The notes below the pieces were generated by a model. The model was not told the origin of the DNA, searched no databases, and worked only from the letters and a program-made list of their open reading frames with translations. From contig CM039008.1 of assembly GCA_017499595.2 (NCBI GenBank), positions 1,240,001 through 1,304,000 on the forward strand: DNA of 64,000 bases, in the 5' to 3' direction. Shown here piece by piece: positions 38,025-49,055 of this stretch (position 1 is the stretch's first letter; every line of letters begins with the position of its first letter). The stretch comes from Psilocybe cubensis (lineage: Eukaryota). The translations under genes and the position numbers were made by a program.

Positions 38025-39970
38025 ATGCCATCGACCACAGTATCCCAGTTAGTTGGCCTCATACAACAGTCAGTAATGGCACTAGAGAAACTATGCCTAG
38101 AGAATCGAACTTCCCTACCGGACCTTGACGCCTTTCACTTTGATCAATCATCTGAGACTTTTCGCTCTCTGCCTGGCGCTGCTCAAGATGCAAAAATTGC
38201 AGTTGCTGCGTGCATGCAACTCATCGCCATACTTTCCCCTCCTACAGATACGGTATATAGAGCAGCACTTGGAGTAAGTTCTCAGATCTCAGCTACTGAT
38301 TAGAATTTCGGACTCACAAAATTGATCTTTGGCAAGGGACACCTCAGTTTCGCTACCAGGACATGCTTAGAGGCAAATATCACTGAGATTTTAAGAGAAG
38401 CTGGACCTGAGGTACATTTAGATAAATCCCGTGAAAATCTCTCTAACTATGTTTATAGGGTCTTCATATCAACGACATAGCCTCAAAATGCGGCCTAGAT
38501 CCCTCAAAACTGGGTAGATCCAACCTTGTCGCATCATCATGCTCTAACTTGTGTTATAGGTCGCGTTATAAGATATCTTGTTATCCATCACATCTACCGC
38601 GAGGTGAAGCCTGACGTATTTACAAATAACAGAACATCATCCACCATGGATACTGGGAAGCCTCTGGACAAACTAATTTCTGAGTGCGTCCACAAGTCGT
38701 CTTGCTTTTATAAATTTGAGTCACCTATATGGCGAATTGTAGACCTGATCGCAAATACGATGACACAGGATTCCCTGCATTGATTAGCCACTTGTAAGCC
38801 GTATTACGTTGCTGAATGGCTACCATTAAAGAATATATAGCATGGATGTGGACCAGAAATGTGGTGCCGTGGGTTGGGATGTCCTGAAAGACCCCGTCCT
38901 TGGCCATTCTTGTGACTTGACAGAAACAATATTCTCGCGCGCCTTCAACACCAAATCTAAGTACTGGGACTTCTTCGATCATCCCGAGAACCATTACATG
39001 CGGCGTAGATTTGATTATGCCATGAAAGGATTGGGTGCAATCGAAGATCATGATATGGTACTGCACGGTTCGTTTTTCTAACTTTTATCTAGCAATATGT
39101 CTTTTTACTCACCGTCTGAGATCCTCGCAGCATTTTCCTGGGAAGACTTGGACAAGGGATCTGTGATTGTAGATGTCGGAGGCGGAATTGGGACAGCTAT
39201 GTTGCCTTTAGCACGCAGATATCCAAACTTTGATATCGTCATTCAAGACCTGCCTATCGTTATCGAAGAGGGTACGAAGGTCTGTTTACGATAAACCAAT
39301 TTCATGTTACGTCCAAAATTAATGTTTCATTTCCAGTTTTGGTCTCAGAATTTGCCAGACGCTGTAGCTAATGGAAACATCAAGCTCCATGGTGACCATC
39401 TCGTCTTTCTACAGTCTACAGTTTTCGCGGAAACACTGACTAGAGTGTATAGCCCATAATTTTTTCGACGAACAACCAATCAAAAATGCTTCTGTGTTTT
39501 ATTTGAGACATGTATTGCACGATTGGCCAATGCCCGATATGGTTAAGATCCTACAACGATTACGGGATGTCGCTGCAGCAAATACCACTCTCATCATCCT
39601 TGATTACATACTCCCCTACTCGTGCAAAATGTTTGCAGATAAAGACGCCGTGTCTATTGCCAGTGCCAGGTACTATAGTGAAGCCCCGGAGCCATTGCTT
39701 CCAAACTATGGCGCAGTCAGTCATGGTCCCTATACAATGGATTTGACGGTATGTCAACTGTATACTTTACTCACCTATATACATAAAAATGTAATTTCTG
39801 ATTCTGATATGTATGTGTTCCAGATGATGTTCCATTACAACTCTCAAGAGCATACATATCTCAGCCTCAAGAGTCTCTTGGATGCGTCGGGCTGGCGCCT
39901 AGTGAGACTACGTGCAATCGATCCCCGGAACGATTATTTCCAATCTATAGAATGCAAGATCCTCGCATAA
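38025..39970 (+). CDS. SAM-dependent O-methyltransferase (Methyltransf_2/COMT-ASMT family), many introns
   Basis: Winged-helix region ITEILREAGPEGLHINDIA...RVIRYL, SAM motif VDVGGGIG, VIQDLP, HNFFDEQP, catalytic LRHVLHDW. Confidence 0.92.
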
Positions 39971-40899
39971 ATCGAGTGGCAGTACGAAGTAGATTCAAGC
40001 GTCCAGTGTACTCGTTACAGTTGAATGGCGGGTTTTCTTTTGAAACTAATAAAGTTGAACGAAAGGCAAATATTACTGTCGACTCAGGTGAAAGAAGAGA
40101 CGAAGGAAAACTCAGTAAGTTGACCTGCCCCCCTCCCCTCTCTTGTACGAACCCTAAAGGCGCGTTGAGTAGTCTGTCATGGTTAGAACGTGGTCTCCTA
40201 GTCCTGATAACGTGAAATGTGCTTGAATATGTCGAAAACAGACTAGGGCGCTGATGCATTCTTCAACAATGGGTTTTCGATAAGTAGATTTCATGGACTT
40301 GATTTGATGGAGTGAAACAGAACAAATATCAGAAAGAGCATCGGCAAAGAGAAAAATTATAAAAAAGGGGGAGAGCAGATTTGGGTTACGTAGGTCCATT
40401 ACAAAGATATGCACATCCCTGCATATCCACCAGAATATGAATGCTCATTTGGCAGATACCGAGTGTTAACATACCCGGGCGGATATGGAGGGAAAGTCCT
40501 CTATGGATGGGATTAGACATAGGAGATTGATGGCTAGTGAGAAAATTGATCCAATGGAGCTGCTTCACTGAGATGCGAAATTTTCAAGCGAAGCTGATAA
40601 GAACGTGGCTGAGATTGCAGAGGACAAAAATTGCGGAAGGAATCAGATCAAACGAAAGAGTGATGAACACAGTTTTCAGCAGAGCTGGATAACACTCGCA
40701 AATGTTATCAGTAAAGTAGAGGAGGGGAAATGACTTTGACTGCGGAGTCACTGGGACTAGTGAACGCGAACTTGGTCAAAACTCGAACCAAGGTGGAGGG
40801 CAAGTGGAGGGATGAAGAAAAACACTATCGCCAAAGGAAATACGTAATCAAGGACACGGCGGACATTCAATTGAGAGGTTGTTAAAATGATTAACCTTT

Positions 40900-40956
40900 G
40901 AGGTCACTGAGAGGTCACTGAGAGGTTACTGTAGGGGTTACTGAAAGGTCACCTGA
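40900..40956. repeat. Degenerate 11-12-bp tandem array (GAGGTCACTGA-like, ~5 copies) upstream of the Tnp2 transposase
   Basis: gaggtcactga gaggtcactga gaggttactgt aggggttactga aaggtcacctga. Confidence 0.7.
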
Positions 40957-41044
40957 TAGGATACCAAATGTCACACCTAGATATGTCACAAACGAGATTG
41001 CGGGCCTGACCAGCGCGCCGAGAGCGGGCAAGCTTTCGATCGCG

Positions 41045-44000
41045 ATGGATGCTGCACCAAAGTCTGAAAAAAAGGTTATATGTACCTGTACACTATGCTC
41101 TAAAGGACCCATGGTTCTGAATTCTTTTGGGGCCTTTCAGCCTGGGAAACTGGTTCACCCCTCAACACGAACACAACATCGAAAAAAGGACCAAGCTCGG
41201 TATGAAGCTCGATACAGGGAGATTCTATCAGACATGCCTACAGGGTTGGAAATATCTGTACATATTAATATATATGCTTCTGTAGAGTGGCTAACAGATT
41301 TCTTTCAGGAATCGGAAACAAATCCAAATACTGCTCAGAGAGGCCTTATCGATGAGCAAAATTCAACTGCGGGTACGGATGATGAAGCATTTGGTAAGAG
41401 AAATTTCTCGTTTTAGCATTCTTTTATTAACAAGATACAGATGCATTCCATGCAAGGAAAGAATCGTTAAAGCAATCCTTGATATTCATTGTTTGTATCG
41501 CGATATCATGGCTTCATCTCAAGTGTGGTTTGAGCCGTGCCTCATCGTCGCAGTTTCTCAAAGTCATCAATACCATCGTTGAGCTTGCAATTGCTCTAGG
41601 AAAGCTTCTGTGTGCAGCCCCTACCCCGGACCCAGACATTGCACATTCCACCCCTGAAATCCGATTGCCACAAGATGTACGCAGTGCAATGAAAGCCCTT
41701 TCCATTGAACCGACAATATCCCGCTCCATCTGTTGCCCAAAATGCTTTACAATGTATAGCTTAGAAACACTACCACCTACTTGCACAGCAAAGGAGACAT
41801 CCAGGTCACAAGCCTGTGGCGAGCATCTCTGGGCGACTCGGGCGACAAGAGCAGGGCCTCGCGTTGTGCCACGCAGACTATATTCCACGCAGGACTTTCA
41901 TTCCTGGCTAGAGCACTTTCTATCACGACCAGGAATTGAAGATATCATCGAAGAATCCTACAGGCATAAAGCTACGCCTCTCAATATGACAACAATCTGG
42001 GATAGCCCGGCCTGGACAAGTCTAAAAGACGAACACGGTGTTTTCTCTACTACACCTGGCAATCTCACTTTTGGGTACTATATAGACTGGTTCAATCCTT
42101 TCACCAACAAGATAGCCGGAAAAACTGCATCCTGTGGGGCTATAATGATGTTTTGCTTAAACCTTCCGCATGACATGCAACATCTACCAGAAAACACTTT
42201 TTTTGCTGGCATCACACCTCCTCCTAAAGAACCTTCTATGGTCACAATAACGGCGGTCTCTGACCCAATTGTCGACCGCCTCAAGCCCATGTGGGAAGGA
42301 AAAATTGTCAAAACATATAACCACCCTGAAGGAATCATGAAACGCATAGGGCTTTTGGCCCGAATCGGCGATTTACTGGCTATTCGAAAGGCGTTAGGGT
42401 TTGCAGGGGTAAAATCTCATAACTTTTGTTCCTTTTGCAAACTTCAACGCGCCGAACTAGAGAACCTTGATATCACAAAGTATGAACCACGCCTTGGACC
42501 CGAAGTTCTAGCTGCTGCTGAGGAATGGAAGAAAGCGACTACGAAAATCAAGCGAAAAGCAATTTACGCAAAACATGGGGTTCGATGGTCATCCCTTCAT
42601 GCTCTTCCCTATGGTGACCCAGTACGTCACACATTGCTTGGCATAATGCACAACTGGATGGAGGGTGTGCTTCAACACCACGCTCGTGTGTTATGGGGCA
42701 TAGGCGACAACTCTACCAAGGGAGACGGGAATGACGACGGCAGTCTACTTGATGCATCTGGCCCAGCTACTCCTAAACCGTCACCTCAGCTCCATGTCCT
42801 GGATGCCCTCAACAGCATCACCATTGATCCTGAAGATCTCGATGATGAAATGGAAGGCCTTTTCGAAGAAGGTGTGATATATGATGATACTCCAGCCTAC
42901 AACAAACGTCTGCGCTCAGCTGCTTCCATGGCCACAGTGGATGAGACAGAGTCCGATCTGGAAGATGGGGATTTTATTCCTGACTCCGAAGATGAATACT
43001 CTGATGACGACAACTACCTCAATGATCTTTGGAAGGCCTCTTGCATATTCTCTTCCCTTGAGCTTGATAAGATCCGCGCTTGCATATCTGGAGCTGTTAT
43101 TCCAAGCTGGGTAGAGCGGCCGCCGTCAAATCTAGGAGAAAAGACACATGGAAAATTAAAAGCAGACCAATGGTTCACATTATGAGTGGTACCTACCATC
43201 TTTTTGATAAAACAATAGCAAGTGTTAGCACACTCTTTTTATAACTGTTGATGGTTTTATCACAAAGCAAAATAATGAGAAGACTGGTCTATTTCTCATA
43301 AGTTTACTTCACTTTTTCAAAGCCTTTTTCATTAGATAATACCCTTCTTTCTCATTATCTTTAGGGCGCTTTTTCATTACCTTTTGATTAGATACTAGCC
43401 TGGTTATTTGATAAGATTGTTCTACATCAATATATCTTATCTTTGCTTGGTCATTTCTGATGCCATGCCATCAAATCAGGAACACTGTGGGTACTTCTAG
43501 GCCATGTCTATCAATCCATCGAAGCTATTATTAAATAAACTTTTCTCTCCTCGGCCCCTTGGTCTATAAATAGTGCTCATCCTATGCTACTTTTGTGCAT
43601 TGCTGGCAATGGATTGGGCGCTTTTGGGGGCATTTCTGGCCCATTTCCCTTGGTGTTTTTTGGTAGACCTATAGTTTTAAAGTGTCCCAATCCGAATATG
43701 AAATCAGAATTGCAATATCTTTACTCATTATTGTGCAATTAAGCGTACGATGTTTTGATCAAAAAGCGCACCTTGAATAGCACCATCCAGGGGCTGGTAT
43801 GCACCATTTTGACTATGCAATTATTTTTCATTTATAATAGACGGAGTACATGCCAAGTTTCAGATCAATTGGAGCAGTGGAACCTATTGAACTAGGATGT
43901 GCACCCTACCCCTCCTCCTACCCCTTGTACAAATGCCTTCCTGATCAGATAAATTTATGCACAACCAGGGTTGGGTAGGCGTCTATTATACCAATTTTTA

Positions 44001-47000
44001 AAGCCCAAAATCTTGGTGCAATTCTAAGATTTAAGGGTACTACCCCCCATCCTCTCCAGAATTTGTATATTTTATTATGGGGTAGAATGGCCATTCCCAG
44101 CACATATAGGTATGTAAATCTGCTCTATATAGTACCACAGACACAATACATATCTTTGAAGCATTCAGAGTGAAGGGGAACACCTTGGTTATGAGGCTAA
44201 TAAAAAGGTATTGGATGTACAACATAATATGACCATATCACCGCTTATACTTCACCAAAATGCACATATCCTACATTCACAGATAGCTACTAAGGTCCTC
44301 TACATATTATATTCATACTGCCAAATGACCAGAACGCTTAACAAGATGGTACAAGAAGAAGAAGCATTGTTGTTCAAAAATGGAGGAAAAGCAAAATATG
44401 ATGTAAAAGATAACACTTATAAAATACATAAACTATACGGCTGTGTAGCCCTAAATGACACCTATCTGTGGTATATAGACTCATGGAAATCCGATGAGTA
44501 TGAGCTGAGATATGTCAAAATGTATCTCGGAGAAAGGCCAAAGAGGTGACCACAAACAAAGCATAAATAAAGGCCAATATCCATCCGGGTCTCTGATGGA
44601 TTCTTCAACACCTTTCTTTCCATATCTCAACAACCACTGGTCCGATGCACAACATCCTTAATGTTATGGAAAGCTACATTTTGGGGCTATACTGTCCTGC
44701 TTTTATATTTTCTGATCATAATCATTTATATATGGTAAATGTGAAAATACTATGCATTTTGATGAAGAATGGTATTCCCTCTGCAGCATCTCAGCTAATG
44801 GACGGATCTTTTTGCAGCCTAAGAAAGATATTTAGGGGGCAACTATAGGTATCTGTAGACGTCAAGAATATGATTTATGACAATGTATTTGTAGAGATAT
44901 GGCCTGATCAATAACCTACCATACCTATCCTCATACCCCCCCTTAAATCAGTATGTTCCCTTGTTGAAGAGGGCTTTCAAGGGTAAATTTTGGACTCTAT
45001 GTACTGTTAGTAGTGGATCTACATGTATTTCAATGGTCTGTGAGCCCATCCTATCCCATAATAAAATACACAAGTTCTGGAGAGGATGGGGGGTAGTACC
45101 CTTAAATCTTAGAATTGCACCAAGATTTTGGGCTTTAAAAATTGGTATAATAGACGCCTACCCAACCCTGGTTGTGCATAAATTTATCTGATCAGGAAGG
45201 CATTTGTACAAGGGGTAGGAGGAGGGGTAGGGTGCACATCCTAGTTCAATAGGTTCCACTGCTCCAATTGATCTGAAACTTGGCATGTACTCCGTCTATT
45301 ATAAATGAAAAATAATTGCATAGTCAAAATGGTGCATACCAGCCCCTGGATGGTGCTATTCAAGGTGCGCTTTTTGATCAAAACATCGTACGCTTAATTG
45401 CACAATAATGAGTAAAGATATTGCAATTCTGATTTCATATTCGGATTGGGACACTTTAAAACTATAGGTCTACCAAAAAACACCAAGGGAAATGGGCCAG
45501 AAATGCCCCCAAAAGCGCCCAATCCATTGCCAGCAATGCACAAAAGTAGCATAGGATGAGCACTATTTATAGACCAAGGGGCCGAGGAGAGAAAAGTTTA
45601 TTTAATAATAGCTTCGATGGATTGATAGACATGGCCTAGAAGTACCCACAGTGTTCCTGATTTGATGGCATGGCATCAGAAATGACCAAGCAAAGATAAG
45701 ATATATTGATGTAGAATAATCTTATCAAATAACCAGGCTAGTATCTAATCAAAAGGTAATGAAAAAGCGCCCTAAAGATAATGAGAAAGAAGGGTATTAT
45801 CTAATGAAAAAGGCTTTGAAAAAGCGAAGTAAACTTATGAGAAATAGACCAGTCTTCTCATTATTTTGCTTTGTGATAAAACCATCAACAGTTATAAAAA
45901 GAGTGTGCTAACACTTGCTATTGTTTTATCATAAAAAGTGGTAGGGACTAGTGACATTATACAGCATCTTCCTACCACTTATTGTTCCGGAGATTTGGGG
46001 ACGCTTATCAAGCCATCGACACCAATCTTTATTACAGAACTTCTACGATCTTGTCACCTGCACCAATATTATATGCTCTTATTCTGTTACTCCAGAATCA
46101 TCAGAGGCTTATCATGAGCATTATTTACGCCATCGAGCTTCATCGCAAAGCCTATTTCCTAACAAAGGATCCCGCCCCAACCACCATTATGCTATGCACA
46201 ATTCAGACATGATGGCCTTCTGGGGACCTTTGATGCGGTTGAGTGAGTTTGCTGGAGAAAGGCATAATGGGAGTTTGCAGAAAATCAAATTCAACAATCA
46301 TCTATGTATGTTATTTTTACACTGTGTTTGATTGCATTTGGGTCTGATATAATCATAGGGGAGATTGACTTCACAATGTTGAGACAAATGTGCCGACGTG
46401 GGCGACTCATGGCCCTAATCAAAAGCAGACAAGAAGATACAAATCAATATGTAGCCAAATTTATGGCCATACTTCTGCCCAAACAATCTCAAAAGGAAGA
46501 TCCCAGTGGAGCCGGGTTGCAGAAGATCCCTGACAATGTTTATCAAGCCATTTTGGACTACCTTCATCAAACATCCCCTTCAACAAACTTCCGTCATGCA
46601 GAATTACTTCCTCACCCTGTCAACGCCCAAGTCCTACCTAGATTCGCAATTCCAGTAAAAATGTTTGTTCACAAAGGCCGCAACTTCACTACTCGCCATA
46701 TGCATGCTGGAAATGGCTCAGTTCATTTTAAAAGCCAGTCCGCAGTCGATGATTGTGGATTCATTGAAGGTATCTGGAGGTTCAAAGAGGGTGGTGGCCC
46801 AACTGATCGCAAAACCTTTATTGTGATTTCCCTCCATGAACAGTTGACGTTGGAGGATAGTCAACGAAGCCCATATGTTGAACGCCCCGGATATTTAGCC
46901 AAGATTGTATATGCGCTCAATACTCCAAAACGTTTGATAATAGTTGAGCCAGACAGCATCATCGGTCATGTGGCTTACTACAGTCGACCTCGAGGAACAT

Positions 47001-47056
47001 TTGGCATTAAGCACCCTATAAATATATTGATAAATAGTTTACACCGTAACAGATAG
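41045..47056 (+). pseudogene. CACTA/EnSpm-like (Tnp2-family) transposase, disrupted by the insertion at 43184-45953
   Basis: CCPKCF, IWDSPAW, YIDWFNP, CLNLP, GITPPPKEP, GDLLAIRKALGF, FCSFC, MHNWMEG, KLKADQW|FTLYSIFLP, PNHHYAMH, SEFAGERHNG. The frame is restored when the insert and one ACATTAT are removed. Confidence 0.88.
43184..45953. mobile_element. Non-autonomous foldback-type DNA element, 2770 bp, with long inverted arms and 7-bp TSD ACATTAT
   Basis: Arms 43206-44061 and 45075-45930 are reverse complements in constant register. ACATTAT occurs at 43177-43183 and 45954-45960. No recognisable transposase inside. Confidence 0.93.
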
Positions 47057-47149
47057 TAGTGTAACTATATACAATGAATTAGATGTGTTTGTTGTGTCAG
47101 ATGAAGGCCTAATATATCCTCTGGTCGGCCTACTGTATGCTCTCCGGTC

Positions 47150-47475
47150 ACTGACAGAGTACCCGCAAGGCCAGTCAAGAACGCAAGGATGTCCATGACA
47201 CCGTGGTTCCAGACCAAGAGCGGGTCAGCAGAGAGCGCTACACACAGACTGACTTCGTTAGAAGCTGACAGTTATACAGGACTAACGATACTTACAGACG
47301 AAGGCCTCGCCAATGGCAGACAACAGCGCGGTCATGAGGAGGAAGATGAACATGACGAGCGAGCGCATGTTCTTGGAAGCCTTGGTGAAGGCATACTTGA
47401 GCCCAGTGATCGACGCAAATATCTCGCTGACGGCGATGAGGACGATGAGGATGTACGAGCCCGAATGGATCGTCG
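47150..47475 (-). pseudogene. Fragment of a POT/PTR2-family peptide transporter (C-terminal TM region, with intron)
   Basis: SGSYILIVLIAVSEIFASITGLKYAFTKASKNMRSLVM...SAIGEAFV|..LSADPLLVWN; no N-terminal part nearby. Confidence 0.75.
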
Positions 47476-47859
47476 CATAGGTCTTGAATTCTTTGGTGGC
47501 CATTGTAACAGTACGAAGAAATGTGCGGGGTATTGGTCAAGAAAAACTCGGTGTGGTCGAGTTGCGGAGTGGTAGATAAAAAGCGGGGCTGCTGGGCATG
47601 TGATTTCGTAGCCATGAGTGACGGCAACTATAACGGATCGGAGCCACCAATCGCATTTACCGCGTTGAACAACTCTGCTGGTACTTGGGCGTTCTACACA
47701 AACGGAAGGTTGCGGACAGTTAAAACATTAGGGCGGAAAGGCAGACAGCAGATAAGGAAAAAAGGAAACGTAAGATGGGCCGGGTATGAACGGTGTACAA
47801 GGGAAGGATGGATATGTGAAGGGAAGGTGTGTATGTGGGTTGGTGAGTGGTCGTATGCA

Positions 47860-48400
47860 TCAGAAATTGGACCATGTTGAGATGGAGTGTCGCGACGGGC
47901 CAGATTCTTCTAGGTTGATGGTAATGCCCAGACTGGTACTTCTGACGGGTCTCTCTGCTCGCAAACCTTTCACAGGTTTCATGAAGCACCATGCCGGTAC
48001 TACACCGAGCTCAAGTTTCAGCCTCCGCAGCTGGAGCTGATTTGAAGAGGGATTTGGCGGTGGCGAATAGAGACTTGTTCTCGCGACCGACCACGCACCA
48101 CCCATTATCAAAGGACTGGACGACCGTCAGTTGTTCGTTTACGCTAATAAGCAATTCGTCGGGAAGAACGGGATCAAACGTCTGGCGGACTTCACGCGTC
48201 GACCCTGTGGTCGCGCTAATGTTGGAGGACGCGGTTGAAAGCACGGAGGAGCGGTTGCTGGGGAAGCGGTGACTGCCCAAGAAGCTTACCCACGAATTGC
48301 GGGCACTTGATGGGCCGTCTAGAGTGCTGGCTGGGAACGCCGGCATTTCCAACGCTGGTTCGGCGAAGGGTTTGGGTATCGAGCCAGTTCTGCGGTGGTA
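47860..48400 (-). pseudogene. Frameshifted C-terminal fragment of an SH3-domain (Fus1-like) protein
   Basis: VRQTFDPVLPDELLISVNEQLTVVQSFDNGWCVVGR in one frame; the SH3 end ELGVVPAWCF in another frame. Confidence 0.7.
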
Positions 48401-48628
48401 ATCGATAATCCCTGTCGAGCAAGGGCGAGACGCGTCGCGCAAAGGGCCAAGCAAGAATACGACGGTGGGGAGCATGTAGGAATGGGCAAAACTGGTGACA
48501 CCAAGAACAGCGTCGTCACATCACACCACGTCTACAACAACAACATCACACCACGTTGCTCTTCCGCGACCTGTCTGCGACAGCCCCTTGCACCTGAGCG
48601 TCAACGTCCACACCTCCACCAACACTGC

Positions 48629-48855
48629 AGGTACGCATATCCCTCTTCTTGCTCCCTGGTCATGGTCACATTGCCCCGGGAATACCTCTTTGGAAGTTCA
48701 AAAAACCAAGGATCATCCCTGGGCCGGGGGTTTTGGACTTTCAAAGAGGTACGCATATCCCTCTTCTTGTCATATTGCCCCGGGAATACCTCTTTGGAAG
48801 TTCAAAAAACCAAGGATCATCCCTGGGCCGGGGGTTTTGGACTTTCAAAGAGGTA
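48629..48855. repeat. Tandem duplication (period 104 bp); each unit contains a 69-nt hairpin
   Basis: TACCTCTTTGGAAGTTCAAAA...TTTTGGACTTTCAAAGAGGTA at 48683-48751 and 48787-48855. Confidence 0.85.
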
Positions 48856-49055
48856 CTTGGAGCTATGTGACGAAAACTTTATGGCCCACTCTTATATATG
48901 AAAACCCAATCTGACTCTTACATACAGGCTGTCGGACCATGTCTGACTGTGACTTTGCACGATACACGGTGCGCTCGCTGTCATCATTTGTAGAATCCTT
49001 CTGACTTTACCCTCAGACTCGCTCAGGCAGGGTGTACTCTGCCTGCCAGCAGGTC

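Noticed and set aside
34046-39970. A complete melatonin pathway (decarboxylase + AANAT + ASMT)
   Set aside because: The PLP enzyme is class V rather than a group II aromatic amino-acid decarboxylase, and no hydroxylase is present; kept only as a weaker cluster hypothesis.
40154-40700. Short minus-strand ORFs with splice-like signals (possible small peptide gene)
   Set aside because: No consistent exon chain or recognisable precursor motif.
44211-44549. 112-aa ORF in the foldback spacer as a possible transposase remnant
   Set aside because: No DDE, THAP or zinc-finger motif; AT-rich sequence, probably a chance ORF.
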